A stretch of 23,062 nucleotides of DNA, from the NCBI GenBank assembly GCA_028285315.1, contig JANQPU010000030.1:1-23062 (forward strand), written 5' to 3'. Source of the stretch: Acaryochloris sp. IP29b_bin.176 (lineage in GTDB: Bacteria > Cyanobacteriota > Cyanobacteriia > Thermosynechococcales > Thermosynechococcaceae). The notes beneath the pieces are model-generated. The model worked only from the letters and a program-made list of their open reading frames with translations. It searched no databases and was not told the DNA's origin. The number at the start of each line of letters is the position of its first letter. Positions within the stretch are counted from its first letter, which is position 1. Both the position numbers and the translations under genes were made by a program. Below, piece after piece: positions 10,756 to 20,047 of this stretch.

Positions 10756-11358
10756 TTAGCCCTCCTTAGTTTCTGGTTTAGGTGTGCTAGCGACAATCTC
10801 AGCTGGTGTCTGCCCTGCTCGGGATTCCGTATGATCAATGTTATGGCCATCTATCTCTGACTCCGGCAAGTAGGCAAACTCGCGAATGGGGGTCACCATT
10901 GGATCCTGGGTTACTTTATAAGGTAAGCGCCCCATAGCGACGCTATCGAAGTTCAGCTCATGGCGATCAAAGGTGGATAGTTCATATTCTTCGGTAACCG
11001 ACAGACAATTGGTGGGACAGTATTCCACACAGTTGGCACAGAAAATACAGACTCCAAAATCGATGCTGTAGTGCTTAAGCTGTTTCTTCTTAATTTCCTT
11101 ATTAAATTCCCAATCCACTACGGGCAGATTAATCGGGCAGACCCGAACGCATACTTCGCAAGAGATGCACTTATCAAACTCAAAGTGAATGCGACCGCGA
11201 AAACGCTCGGACGGGATCAGCTTCTCATAGGGATACTGCACCGTAATGGGACGGCGCTTCATATGGTCGAAGGTCACCGATAGACCTTGACCAATGTAAC
11301 GGGCTGCCTGGATGGATTCTTTCCCGTAACTGGTGACTTGATTTAGAAACTTGAGCAT
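10756..11358 (-). CDS. ndhI: NAD(P)H-quinone oxidoreductase subunit I (NdhI), 2x[4Fe-4S] ferredoxin-like
   Basis: [20 protein letters not shown] and [23 protein letters not shown] cluster motifs. Confidence 0.98.
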   Translation of the reverse strand: MLKFLNQVTSYGKESIQAARYIGQGLSVTFDHMKRRPITVQYPYEKLIPSERFRGRIHFEFDKCISCEVCVRVCPINLPVVDWEFNKEIKKKQLKHYSIDFGVCIFCANCVEYCPTNCLSVTEEYELSTFDRHELNFDSVAMGRLPYKVTQDPMVTPIREFAYLPESEIDGHNIDHTESRAGQTPAEIVASTPKPETKEG

Positions 11359-11432
11359 GGGTGTTCACTCTCAGATGTCGGCAGATAAAGGTTGGCGCTA
11401 ACTAAAGCTTAAAAAATTTGCCTGAAAAATGC

Positions 11433-12551
11433 TTATCCACCAAAGGCAAAGGGAAACGCTAATTTCAAACCAGCGGTGATTAGTAGATTCACTAAGCCCA
11501 CAGGCAGCAAAAATTTCCAACCAAAATCCAAAAGTTGGTCAATGCGAACACGAGGCACAGTCCAACGTAGCAAAATCGCCAGAAATAAGAAGAAATAGGC
11601 TTTCAGGAGGGTCATTACCAACCCTAAGCCTGCCGTCACCAATTCAAAAATGGCATTGTTGGGATCGACATTAATCCAGTCGGCAATCATGGTAGCCGGG
11701 ATGGGCAAGTCCCAGCCGCCAAAGTAGAGAACGGCCACTAAAATTGAAGACAGCACCAAGTTAACGTAGGACCCCAAATAAAACAGAGCAAACTTCATGC
11801 CTGCATACTCGGTTTGATAGCCCGCCACCAGTTCTTCTTCGGCTTCGGGTAAGTCAAAGGGCATCCGTTCGCATTCAGCCAGGGCCGCAATCCAAAACAG
11901 TAAAAAGCCAAAAGGGTTACGGAAAATATACCAGCCAAAAATGCCATGCCCGGACTGCTGATTGACGATGTCAATCGTGCTGAGACTATTCGAGATCATC
12001 ACCACCGCCAGCACCGCTAGGGCTAGAGGAATCTCATAGCTAATGGACTGGGCCGCTGCCCTGAGTCCACCGAGGAGGGAATACTTATTATTAGAGGAAT
12101 AGCCTGACATTAACAAGCCAATCGGCGCGATGCTAGACAGAGCAATCCAGAAAAAGATGCCAATCCCCAAATCCGTAATCAGAATATTCTGGCCAAAGGG
12201 GACAATCAGGTAGGAGAAAAAGACTGGAATCACCACCATGATTGGTCCCAAGGTGAAGAGCAAGGGGTCCGTGTTGGCGGGCACGACATCTTCCTTGAAG
12301 ACAAGTTTGATCCCATCTGCCACCGGAGCCAAGATGCCTAATGGGCCGATATATTCAGGGCCAATTCGTTGCTGAGCCGCCGCTGAAATTTTCCGTTCTA
12401 GCCAGACCGAAACTAGTACACCCACTGTTGCACCGATAATCATCAACAACATGGGTATGGGGAGCCAAATCGTCTTGGCGACACCGGGGGTTAACCCCAA
12501 TTCCATCAAAGTTTCGACAAAGCGCTGTTCAAGATCAATACCTGGGTTCAT
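11433..12551 (-). CDS. ndhA: NAD(P)H-quinone oxidoreductase subunit 1 (NdhA)
   Basis: [37 protein letters not shown] and [35 protein letters not shown] signatures. Confidence 0.98.
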   Translation of the reverse strand: MNPGIDLEQRFVETLMELGLTPGVAKTIWLPIPMLLMIIGATVGVLVSVWLERKISAAAQQRIGPEYIGPLGILAPVADGIKLVFKEDVVPANTDPLLFTLGPIMVVIPVFFSYLIVPFGQNILITDLGIGIFFWIALSSIAPIGLLMSGYSSNNKYSLLGGLRAAAQSISYEIPLALAVLAVVMISNSLSTIDIVNQQSGHGIFGWYIFRNPFGFLLFWIAALAECERMPFDLPEAEEELVAGYQTEYAGMKFALFYLGSYVNLVLSSILVAVLYFGGWDLPIPATMIADWINVDPNNAIFELVTAGLGLVMTLLKAYFFLFLAILLRWTVPRVRIDQLLDFGWKFLLPVGLVNLLITAGLKLAFPFAFGG

Positions 12552-12708
12552 TAGCAGCCCATTCTTACCGAATTTATAATTTGTAAAGTTTCTTGATGCC
12601 TAAACCAGTATATACGGCCAAGACAGTTTCTTGGAGAATAATTTCACGCTCCAACGTCCAGCGTATTGAAGAGTTTAGTAAGACAATTGATTCTAGTCAA
12701 TGCCTGCC

Positions 12709-13845
12709 CTAACGGCTTTCTGGTGTGATATAAGGTAAACCATGCTCACCCACGTAAACTTGGCTAGGTCGATAGATGCGGTTGGTTTCGAGCTGTTCTC
12801 GCCAGTGGGCTAACCAACCAGCCACTCGTGCGATCGCAAAGATGGGTGTAAATAAATCGGTGGGAATGCCCAGCTTTTGGTAGACCAGCCCAGAGTAGAA
12901 ATCAACATTGGGATAAATACCTTTACTCCCCAATTTTTCGGCCACGGCTTTTTCTAACGCTAAGGCAATCTCATAAGCTGGGTCACCCCCCGTACGGGCA
13001 AACAGCTCTTCGGCTAATTTTTGCAAAATCTTGGCTCGGGGATCCTTGACCTTATAGACCCGATGTCCAAACCCCATGATCTTAGACTTGGTTGCCAGCT
13101 TCTCTTCTAAGAAAGGTTGAACCTTCTCAACAGAGCCAATTTCGGCCAGCATCGTGATTACTTCTTCGTTGGCACCGCCATGCAGAGGACCCGCCAAGGT
13201 GCCGACTGCTGAGGCCACAATTGCATAGGGATCAGTCAATGTAGACGCTGTCACCCGAGCTGAGAAGGTAGAGGCGTTCATGGTATGTTCCGCATGCAGA
13301 ATCAGGCAGATGTCAAATACATGGGCCAAAAAGGGATCGGGCTCCTGCTCATTCAACATATAGAGAAAATTCGCGGCATAGCTCAGATCGTCCCGAGGCT
13401 GAACAGGGTCGTTCCCCTTACGAATATGCTCAAAGGCCGCCACCATTGTCGGGATCTTTGCCAGTAAACGGACCACAGCTCCACGGATATAGGCGGGATC
13501 ATCCAAAGCCCGTCGAGAGTAGAATAGTCCGAGGGCTGCGGCTGACGCCTGCAAGGCATCCATGGGATGACCACTTTCAGGGAAGCATTTCATCATGTCC
13601 CGGATGCGATATTTGATGCGGCGGTGGTGGGTAATGTCCTCTTGGAATGCCTCTAAATCATCGGCTTTGGGAAATTTTCCCCAAATCAACAGATAAGCCG
13701 TTTCTAAAAAACTACTTTTTTCCGCTAAGGCTTCAATGGGAACGCCGCGATATTCCAGTTTGCCAACTTGACCATTAACAAAGCTGACCTGGGATTGAGC
13801 AGCAGGAATGCCTTCTAAACCGGGTTGAAATTCACAAGCGACCAT
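12709..13845 (-). CDS. gltA: Citrate synthase; start placed at the internal ATG (MVACEFQPGLEG)
   Basis: LHAEHTMNASTFSARV, GPLHGGANEEV, MGFGHRVYKVKDPRA and NVDFYSGLVYQKLGIP motifs. The 14-residue extension up to 13887 is not citrate-synthase-like. Confidence 0.95.
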   Translation of the reverse strand: MVACEFQPGLEGIPAAQSQVSFVNGQVGKLEYRGVPIEALAEKSSFLETAYLLIWGKFPKADDLEAFQEDITHHRRIKYRIRDMMKCFPESGHPMDALQASAAALGLFYSRRALDDPAYIRGAVVRLLAKIPTMVAAFEHIRKGNDPVQPRDDLSYAANFLYMLNEQEPDPFLAHVFDICLILHAEHTMNASTFSARVTASTLTDPYAIVASAVGTLAGPLHGGANEEVITMLAEIGSVEKVQPFLEEKLATKSKIMGFGHRVYKVKDPRAKILQKLAEELFARTGGDPAYEIALALEKAVAEKLGSKGIYPNVDFYSGLVYQKLGIPTDLFTPIFAIARVAGWLAHWREQLETNRIYRPSQVYVGEHGLPYITPESR

Positions 13846-13932
13846 AGTATCTCTGAGGTGAAGATGAACACATCGCCGAGCCACCACAATGAGTTGAGGG
13901 GGAAATGGACTAGGCGAAGGTTTTTTTGGGCT

Positions 13933-14436
13933 CTAAAGCAGCACTTTAGGAGCAGTCAACCAAAACAGGGTGCTTTGTCCTACAAGATTGTTATCCTCTG
14001 GTAGGAGTAGTCCAATCATACCAGCCTTCTTCAAAACCAGTTGCTGACGGGGTTGTCCCCAAACTAAGATTTCTGCCCATTCGCTCAAGTTGGGCTCATG
14101 TCCCACTAAGGCTAAGTGAGTCAAACCTTGTTTTCGCCAGGTTTCCAACCAAGGCAACCAGTCCTGCCAGCTCCCGCTGGGACTCAGTAAATCAGATACA
14201 TGGATCGCACTCACTAATCCCTGTCGCTGGAGAATCTCGGCAGTCTGGTGGGCGCGCGCTAGAGGACTGGTTTGTAAGTAATCAAAACGCAAACCGAGAG
14301 CCTGCAGTCGTTGAGCCACTTTCTGGGTCTTTTGTCGGCCTTTAGCCGTTAATGCCTGCTGTTCATCTGGAAAATGGAGCCGCCGTTCTTCAGCAATTCC
14401 ATGCCGAATCAAATAGAGTTTCAAAGGCTGTGCCAT
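13933..14436 (-). CDS. sixA: Phosphohistidine phosphatase SixA-like (histidine phosphatase superfamily)
   Basis: LYLIRHGIAEERR, TKTRQKTQ-like TAKGRQKTQKVAQRLQ, SPLARAHQTAEIL, LVGHEPNLSEWA. Confidence 0.9.
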   Translation of the reverse strand: MAQPLKLYLIRHGIAEERRLHFPDEQQALTAKGRQKTQKVAQRLQALGLRFDYLQTSPLARAHQTAEILQRQGLVSAIHVSDLLSPSGSWQDWLPWLETWRKQGLTHLALVGHEPNLSEWAEILVWGQPRQQLVLKKAGMIGLLLPEDNNLVGQSTLFWLTAPKVLL

Positions 14437-14738
14437 TAGGTCCAGTCTTCTTTCTTATTAGTCCGTACCGTGTAAATACTTTGAGTGGCGTGGATCTCAC
14501 GGGTTTTTTGAAACAACTGGTCTTCGGTGAGTTCCCATTTCTCCAACAGCTTATCAAGATCCTTTTGAATATCCCGACTGCCCGGAAACCCGGTATAACG
14601 AATGCGCAGACGAGCCAATTCAGCCAAGTTGAGATCGTTGGGATCTTCTCTTAATAGACGATTGAGGGTATTGCGATCGCGATCTTGCTGCGGATGACGT
14701 TGATCTTTTTGACTCAGTTTTATGTTAGCAGAAGACAT
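14436..14738 (-). CDS. DUF3288 family protein
   Basis: NLAELARLRIRYTGFPGSRDIQKDLDKLLEKWELTEDQLFQKTREIHA, a cyanobacterial DUF3288 pattern. TAATG stop/start overlap with sixA. Confidence 0.8.
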   Translation of the reverse strand: MSSANIKLSQKDQRHPQQDRDRNTLNRLLREDPNDLNLAELARLRIRYTGFPGSRDIQKDLDKLLEKWELTEDQLFQKTREIHATQSIYTVRTNKKEDWT

Positions 14739-14830
14739 TGGATAGACTGTTTACTGTCGGATAAAAATGCTCGACCCTAATCATAACCGCCCTGTTAAGG
14801 ATTCTGGCTAGAAGCCTAGTATTTTAATCC

Positions 14831-15112
14831 TTGTCGATAAAACTGGACATTGATCATGACTCAATCAACGCTCAATCAATAGCATCGCAGACGACAGCAG
14901 TGACTGAAAATATTCGACATAACGAAAAAAATATTGATTTACTGCGTCAGGAACTCACCTGCTTTCGACGAGAAATGAATAACCGATTCAATGCCATAGA
15001 CGGCAGATTTAAAACAATCGATGCAAAATTCAATACCGTCTATATGCTAATTGTCGGCACTATCCTTGCACCTTTTCTTTTGAGACTGTTGGAGAAATAC
15101 ACCGATTTTTAG
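14831..15112 (+). CDS. Small hypothetical protein with a coiled-coil-like region and a C-terminal transmembrane segment (TTG start)
   Basis: 93 aa; heptad-like EMNNRFNAIDGRFKTIDAKFNTV followed by YMLIVGTILAPFLLRLLEKY. Confidence 0.5.
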   Translation: MSIKLDIDHDSINAQSIASQTTAVTENIRHNEKNIDLLRQELTCFRREMNNRFNAIDGRFKTIDAKFNTVYMLIVGTILAPFLLRLLEKYTDF

Positions 15113-15393
15113 GAGGAGGAGTTTACGAAAGTTATAGGACTATTCTTGGACAACACTTGCCGTAGAAACTACTCTGCACATCTGAGGGTTTTCAGTTGTG
15201 AGTTCCAGGAGTTGCAATTGGATGTATCTAAACGCTTGGGCAATACCAGATCTTAAGAAAATAATTCGGAAATCTAGATCATTGGTGAAGCAGCTTAGAC
15301 TTATTAACTCGTCGTCTCGGCTAGTTGACGGAGCGATGTGACACGTAGCCTTGTATTCATCGACTACTTTGCTATACTCTTGCAAAATTTGAT

Positions 15394-16554
15394 ATGACTC
15401 CCCAGCCCAATCAACGCCCTCTACGTCCTTACTTTTCTTCAGGCCCTTGCTCCAAGCGTCCGGGTTGGAATTTGGAAGCCCTTAATAATGCTTTGGTGGG
15501 GCGCTCCCATCGGTCTGGACCTGGAAAAGCCCGCCTGAAAGAGGTGATTGAGCGAACTAAGACTGTTCTCGGTATCCCTGAAGACTATCTGTGTGGGATT
15601 GTCCCTGCTTCCGATACAGGAGCCGTGGAAATGGCTATGTGGTCCCTTTTAGGGGCTCGTGGCGTTGACATGGTGGCTTGGGAGAGTTTTGGCTCTGGCT
15701 GGGTCACGGATGTGCAAAAACAGTTAAAACTACCGGATTGCCGCATCATCAAGGCCGAGTATGGCCACTTGCCGGATCTGTCGCAACTGGATTGCGATCG
15801 CGACATTGTCTTCACCTGGAATGGCACCACCTCTGGGGTCAAAGTTCCTCACGGCGACTGGATTGCGGATAATCGTCAGGGGCTTACCATTGCTGATGCC
15901 ACCTCTGCGGTCTTTGCTATGGATATCCCTTGGACCAAACTCGACGTGGTTACCTGGTCCTGGCAAAAAGTGATGGGGGGCGAAGCGGCCCACGGCATGT
16001 TAGTCCTCGGTCCTCGTGCTGTAGAGCGGTTGGAGTCCTATACCCCGGCTTGGCCTCTACCTAAGATCTTCCAGTTGACGAAAGGCGGCAAATTAAATGC
16101 TGCCATCTTTCAAGGCTCAACGATTAATACTCCCTCCATGCTTTGTGTGGAAGATGCCTTAGATGGGCTGAAATGGGCTGAGAGTCTGGGGGGTGTGTCG
16201 GCATTGATGGCGCGATCTCAAGCCAATCTCACTGCTATCACCCACTGGGTTAACCAAACCGCCTGGGTGGATTTCTTAGCCGTCGATCCAGCAACCCGCT
16301 CTAATACTTCGATTTGCCTTAAAATTGTCGATCCTTGGTATATGGCCCTTGCTGCTGAAGATCAAGCCAAGGGGGCTAAGCAGTTGGCCTCTCTTCTGGA
16401 TAAGGAGGGGGTTGCCTATGATATTGGTTCCTACCGCGATGCTCCGCCAGGACTGAGAATTTGGGGCGGAGCCACGGTAGATACAGCTGATATTAAAGCG
16501 TTAACACCCTGGTTGGATTGGGCTTATGAGCAAATGAAAGCGAATCACTGTTAA
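15394..16554 (+). CDS. serC: Phosphoserine transaminase, Methanosarcina/alphaproteobacterial-type class V aminotransferase
   Basis: [70 protein letters not shown] (PLP-lysine region). Confidence 0.87.
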   Translation: MTPQPNQRPLRPYFSSGPCSKRPGWNLEALNNALVGRSHRSGPGKARLKEVIERTKTVLGIPEDYLCGIVPASDTGAVEMAMWSLLGARGVDMVAWESFGSGWVTDVQKQLKLPDCRIIKAEYGHLPDLSQLDCDRDIVFTWNGTTSGVKVPHGDWIADNRQGLTIADATSAVFAMDIPWTKLDVVTWSWQKVMGGEAAHGMLVLGPRAVERLESYTPAWPLPKIFQLTKGGKLNAAIFQGSTINTPSMLCVEDALDGLKWAESLGGVSALMARSQANLTAITHWVNQTAWVDFLAVDPATRSNTSICLKIVDPWYMALAAEDQAKGAKQLASLLDKEGVAYDIGSYRDAPPGLRIWGGATVDTADIKALTPWLDWAYEQMKANHC

Positions 16555-16637
16555 AACAAGCTGTAATTCCCGCATACTAATTGCTCTGATCAGTAATCTG
16601 TCTTGAACTGATTTTTAAGAAATAATTTGCTACCAAA

Positions 16638-16736
16638 TCCCAGTTCGGGTTAAGCCCATTTTTGAGACGCTTCTACGGAAGAATGTAGACTTCAGCCTAC
16701 GCAAGAATAAAATTTCAGCTTATCCCGAACTCAGGT
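16638..16736. repeat. MITE-like element, copy 1
   Basis: About 99 bp, roughly 90% identical to 18231-18331. Near-inverted ends CCCAGTTCGGGTTAAGC / GCTTATCCCGAACTCAGG; short TACCAA direct repeat on both sides (16631-16636, 16737-16742). Confidence 0.75.
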
Positions 16737-16877
16737 TACCAATGTGAGTTGCTGTTCAAAGGAACAACTTCTAATATTGAGTATTAGCTTCTTATCGCAA
16801 TTACTTTCGATTGGAAGGTATTACACGGTACTCTGATGTATAAAACCTCGTAGTTTGGGACCTACTGTACTAAATAA

Positions 16878-17057
16878 ATGTCAGGAATTAAACGTAGTAG
16901 TGGAGAAAGATCTAATTATTATTCTGAGTCCAAATATACGAATTGGTCTCAATATAATCCCTTTGATCTAGAAATATCTTCACTTCCTGAGCATGTAAGA
17001 CCTGAAATTAGTCTAAAAAGAGACTCGGCATTAATCTCAACCTATGTTCGCTCGTAG
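16878..17057 (+). other. 59-codon ORF below the track threshold; coding status uncertain
   Basis: MSGIKRSSGERSNYYSESKYTNWSQYNPFDLEISSLPEHVRPEISLKRDSALISTYVRS*; AT-rich. Confidence 0.3.
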
Positions 17058-17127
17058 CAGTGTCTTTTGGTTAAAGAACGGCTTATTATGAAGGAAAGTT
17101 AAGCAAACTGTTTGATATCAATCTGCC

Positions 17128-18030
17128 ATGACTACTCAGGTACAAACCAGCCCACCTATTGAAACCAAAACTTGGATTTGGCGAGGTTATCGGATCCAAT
17201 ACACCGTCGAAGGCACCGGACAGCCGATGGTTCTCGTTCATGGGTTTGGTGCTTGTATCGGTCACTGGCGCAAAAATATTCCTGAACTGGCTGCTGCGGG
17301 TTATCAAGTGTGGAGCCTGGATCTACTGGGGTTTGGCGACTCTGATATGCCTGCGATTGACTACACCCTAGAGGTTTGGCAAGACCTCTTCAAGGACTTT
17401 TGGGAGGAGTTCATCCAAACCCCTGCGGTCTGGATTGGTAATTCCATTGGTGGCTTACTGGTGTTGATGATATTGGCCGATTATCCCCACATGGGTACTA
17501 GTGGTGTGTTGCTGAACTCGGCAGGGAGTATGAATATTCGTCGAGAAGAGGCCATCTTGCCGCTACGGATCGTGATGGGGCCGATGCGGATGATGATGCG
17601 GTCCAAATTTTTGGGTCCCTTATTCTTCAATCAAGTACGAGGTAAGCGCGCCATTCGTAATTCCCTATCTCAAATCTACGGCAACAAAGAAGCAATAACC
17701 GATGAGCTAGTGGATATGCTCCATCAACCATCCTGCCGAGAGGGAGCCTGTGATGTGTTTATGTCTGTGTTGACTGGACCTCCAGGGCCTCGTCCCACCG
17801 AACTGCTGCCTCGGATTAAGCAACCCCTTCTCCTTCTCTGGGGTGAAGATGATCCGTGGGCTGCGTTGCGCACGGCCAAAGTCTATCGGGATTTGAGTGC
17901 TGATCCGAATGCTGAGCCCAAAGTCACCTTTGAAATCATTGCCAAAACTGGGCATTGCCCCCACGATGAGCGGCCTGAAATCATCAATCCGATGATTATC
18001 AACTGGCTGAAGGATCAGCCAGCGGCCTAA
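17128..18030 (+). CDS. Alpha/beta fold hydrolase
   Basis: [39 protein letters not shown]; nucleophile elbow GNSIGG; [10 protein letters not shown]; KTGHCPHDE. Confidence 0.93.
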   Translation: MTTQVQTSPPIETKTWIWRGYRIQYTVEGTGQPMVLVHGFGACIGHWRKNIPELAAAGYQVWSLDLLGFGDSDMPAIDYTLEVWQDLFKDFWEEFIQTPAVWIGNSIGGLLVLMILADYPHMGTSGVLLNSAGSMNIRREEAILPLRIVMGPMRMMMRSKFLGPLFFNQVRGKRAIRNSLSQIYGNKEAITDELVDMLHQPSCREGACDVFMSVLTGPPGPRPTELLPRIKQPLLLLWGEDDPWAALRTAKVYRDLSADPNAEPKVTFEIIAKTGHCPHDERPEIINPMIINWLKDQPAA

Positions 18031-18629
18031 ACCCTCAAAGTTTTACCATTACTCGCAATCACTTGTTTGTACCAGTAGGCAGAGTCCTTAAGAGTTCGCT
18101 GTTGGCTGTCGTAATCCACGTAAATGAGGCCGAACCGTTTATCGTAGCCAAATACCCATTCAAAGTTATCTATGATTGACCAGAGAAAGTAGCCTCTGGC
18201 ATCGACGCCGTTGCCAATAGCGTAACTATAACCCCAGTTCGGGTTAAGCCCATTTTTGAGACTCTTCTACGAAAGAATGCAGGTTTCAGCCTACGCAAGA
18301 ATAGGGGTTTTAGCTTATCCCGAACTCAGGTTAACTATAGGCTTGTAAATATCGGGTCAAGAAATCAATGCGTTGCGGGCCATGGATATGACCATTGGCG
18401 TAAACCCAGTCGCAGTTGGCCATGCCGTTTTCCGTAATTATGAGGACAGCTGATACCGCTCATAGATAAAACGGGGTCCCCAATAGAGGGCTTCTGGGGT
18501 GATAGGCCAATCCATGGTTGTCCGGGGATAGGAGGGCACAGGAGTTGTTCCCCTTTAGCTTTGGCCCTCCCCTTCAATTTGATAGCTGTCGGCAGCTGCT
18601 CCCCAGACAAACTGATTGGGAAATGGCAT
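18027..18629 (-). pseudogene. GH1 family beta-glucosidase pseudogene: N-terminal stub, large internal deletion, frameshift and inserted MITE-like element
   Basis: Manual reverse translation gives MPFPNQFVWGAAADSYQIEG... (N-term), then [29 protein letters not shown] / [35 protein letters not shown], the insertion, then [55 protein letters not shown]. Confidence 0.9.
18231..18331. repeat. MITE-like element, copy 2, inserted in the GH1 pseudogene
   Basis: Near-inverted ends; exact 8-bp direct repeats TAACTATA at 18223-18230 and 18332-18339. Removing the element plus one repeat rejoins [23 protein letters not shown] in frame. Confidence 0.88.
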
Positions 18630-18848
18630 TATCGTCTCCTAGCATCGCAACGACCCTGATTTAGCATAGGGTAACTTTTCTGTGCTGCAGGTGCCTCAAC
18701 TAGTGTCAAAGCCACCCGCGATTTCGCTCAATCCTCATAGTGGTCAACTTTTGTGACTAGGTTCAAGTTATTGATGTGACATGTCTCACTGAGTGGCCCT
18801 AGTAAAGCTGGCATTGTCTAGACATAGATGTTCTGGGGATAGCCCAAG

Positions 18849-19814
18849 ATGGTTCGCACTTGTATTGCACCCACTCAAACTTTACTCAATAACCGCTACC
18901 AGGTCACTCGTATCCTCGAAGATGGACCTTGGAGTATTGCTTGGTTGGCAGAAGATACACAGCTTCCTTCCCGACGGCAGTGCATTATCCGTCAGGTCAA
19001 ACCCCTGACTGCAGATGCTTATATCCAGAAACAGCTTTGCGATCGCATCCAAGCAGAAATCGATACTTGGCAAAAGCTGGGGGGGATTCATGACCAAATT
19101 CCTTGGCTATCCAGTTTTGCCGATACCACTGGTCAAGTATATCTGATTGAAGAATGGGTCCCAGGACTTACCCTGACCCAAACCGTTCAAAAGCAGGGGG
19201 CATTGGACGAAATCACCGTTCAGCAGATCTTGACCAAGCTGCTGTCCCTGGTAGACTACCTACACCAAAATCAAGTGGTTCACTGTGCCTTAGAACCTAA
19301 CAATATCGTGTTGCGAGAAGATGACCAAAAGCCCGTCCTCCAATATGGCAGTATGCTCAATCAGGTGATTGCCAAAACGTTTTTAGAAAATAACGTTCGA
19401 CCTATGCCTTGGATTGCAACATCTGGCTTCTTGCCCTATGAACAAGTCATTCTCGATCAACACTATTACTCCAGCAATCTCTACAGCTTGGGTCTGATTA
19501 GTACTTATTTATTGACGGGTAAAGACCCCTACGATTTGTTCAATCTCGCAACTAGTACCTGTGATTGGTCCCCAGAGACATCAGTTGCAGAATCTGCCTT
19601 TGTCGCTATTTTGAATAAGGCAATTGCCCGATTCCCTGGAGAGCGTTTCCTCACCGCTCGGCAAATGCTCAAAGCTTTGTCTGCTCCTGAACAATTTGTC
19701 CAAAATTCCCTCTCCGCCCACTCCACCTTGGTAGAGCAGATGGGAGCTTATTTAACGTCTTGTTTGCTGAGTTTAAACCCCTCAGAACAAACACTCAATT
19801 CGTATCCTGGATAG
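18849..19814 (+). CDS. Protein kinase-fold protein, predicted pseudokinase
   Basis: NNRYQVTRILEDGPWSIAWLAEDT, LIEEWVPG, VDYLHQNQVVHCALEPNNIVLRE, LYSLGLISTYLLTGKDPYDL; the expected catalytic residues are substituted. Confidence 0.82.
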   Translation: MVRTCIAPTQTLLNNRYQVTRILEDGPWSIAWLAEDTQLPSRRQCIIRQVKPLTADAYIQKQLCDRIQAEIDTWQKLGGIHDQIPWLSSFADTTGQVYLIEEWVPGLTLTQTVQKQGALDEITVQQILTKLLSLVDYLHQNQVVHCALEPNNIVLREDDQKPVLQYGSMLNQVIAKTFLENNVRPMPWIATSGFLPYEQVILDQHYYSSNLYSLGLISTYLLTGKDPYDLFNLATSTCDWSPETSVAESAFVAILNKAIARFPGERFLTARQMLKALSAPEQFVQNSLSAHSTLVEQMGAYLTSCLLSLNPSEQTLNSYPG

Positions 19815-20047
19815 TGAGATGCCTGAATGAGGTGATTCAGGCGGATTGGGGTCATATCGGGTGATAACAGTCACGTTATCGTCGTGATAGCTCTCAGTTG
19901 TGGTCAGTGACGATTCTCATCGCTGACCCTTTTTAGATCTGGGATGCTTAGCATATCCCCCAATAGGGAGAACCAATGGTTCCGCGAAGGGTTTGCGACT
20001 AAGGTTTACTTCCTAAAAGAGGGTATTGATGACTGGGAGAAGATTAA

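Noticed and set aside
15140-15385. 81-aa minus-strand ORF upstream of serC
   Set aside because: No recognisable motif or RBS; probably chance.
15585-15993. ORFs overlapping serC (85 aa and 87 aa antisense, 70 aa and 64 aa sense out of frame)
   Set aside because: Shadow ORFs of a clearly conserved aminotransferase gene.
19882-19901. GATAAC-AGTCAC-GTTATC small dyad (approximate position) after the pseudokinase gene
   Set aside because: A 6-bp stem without a T-run is too weak to call a terminator or operator.
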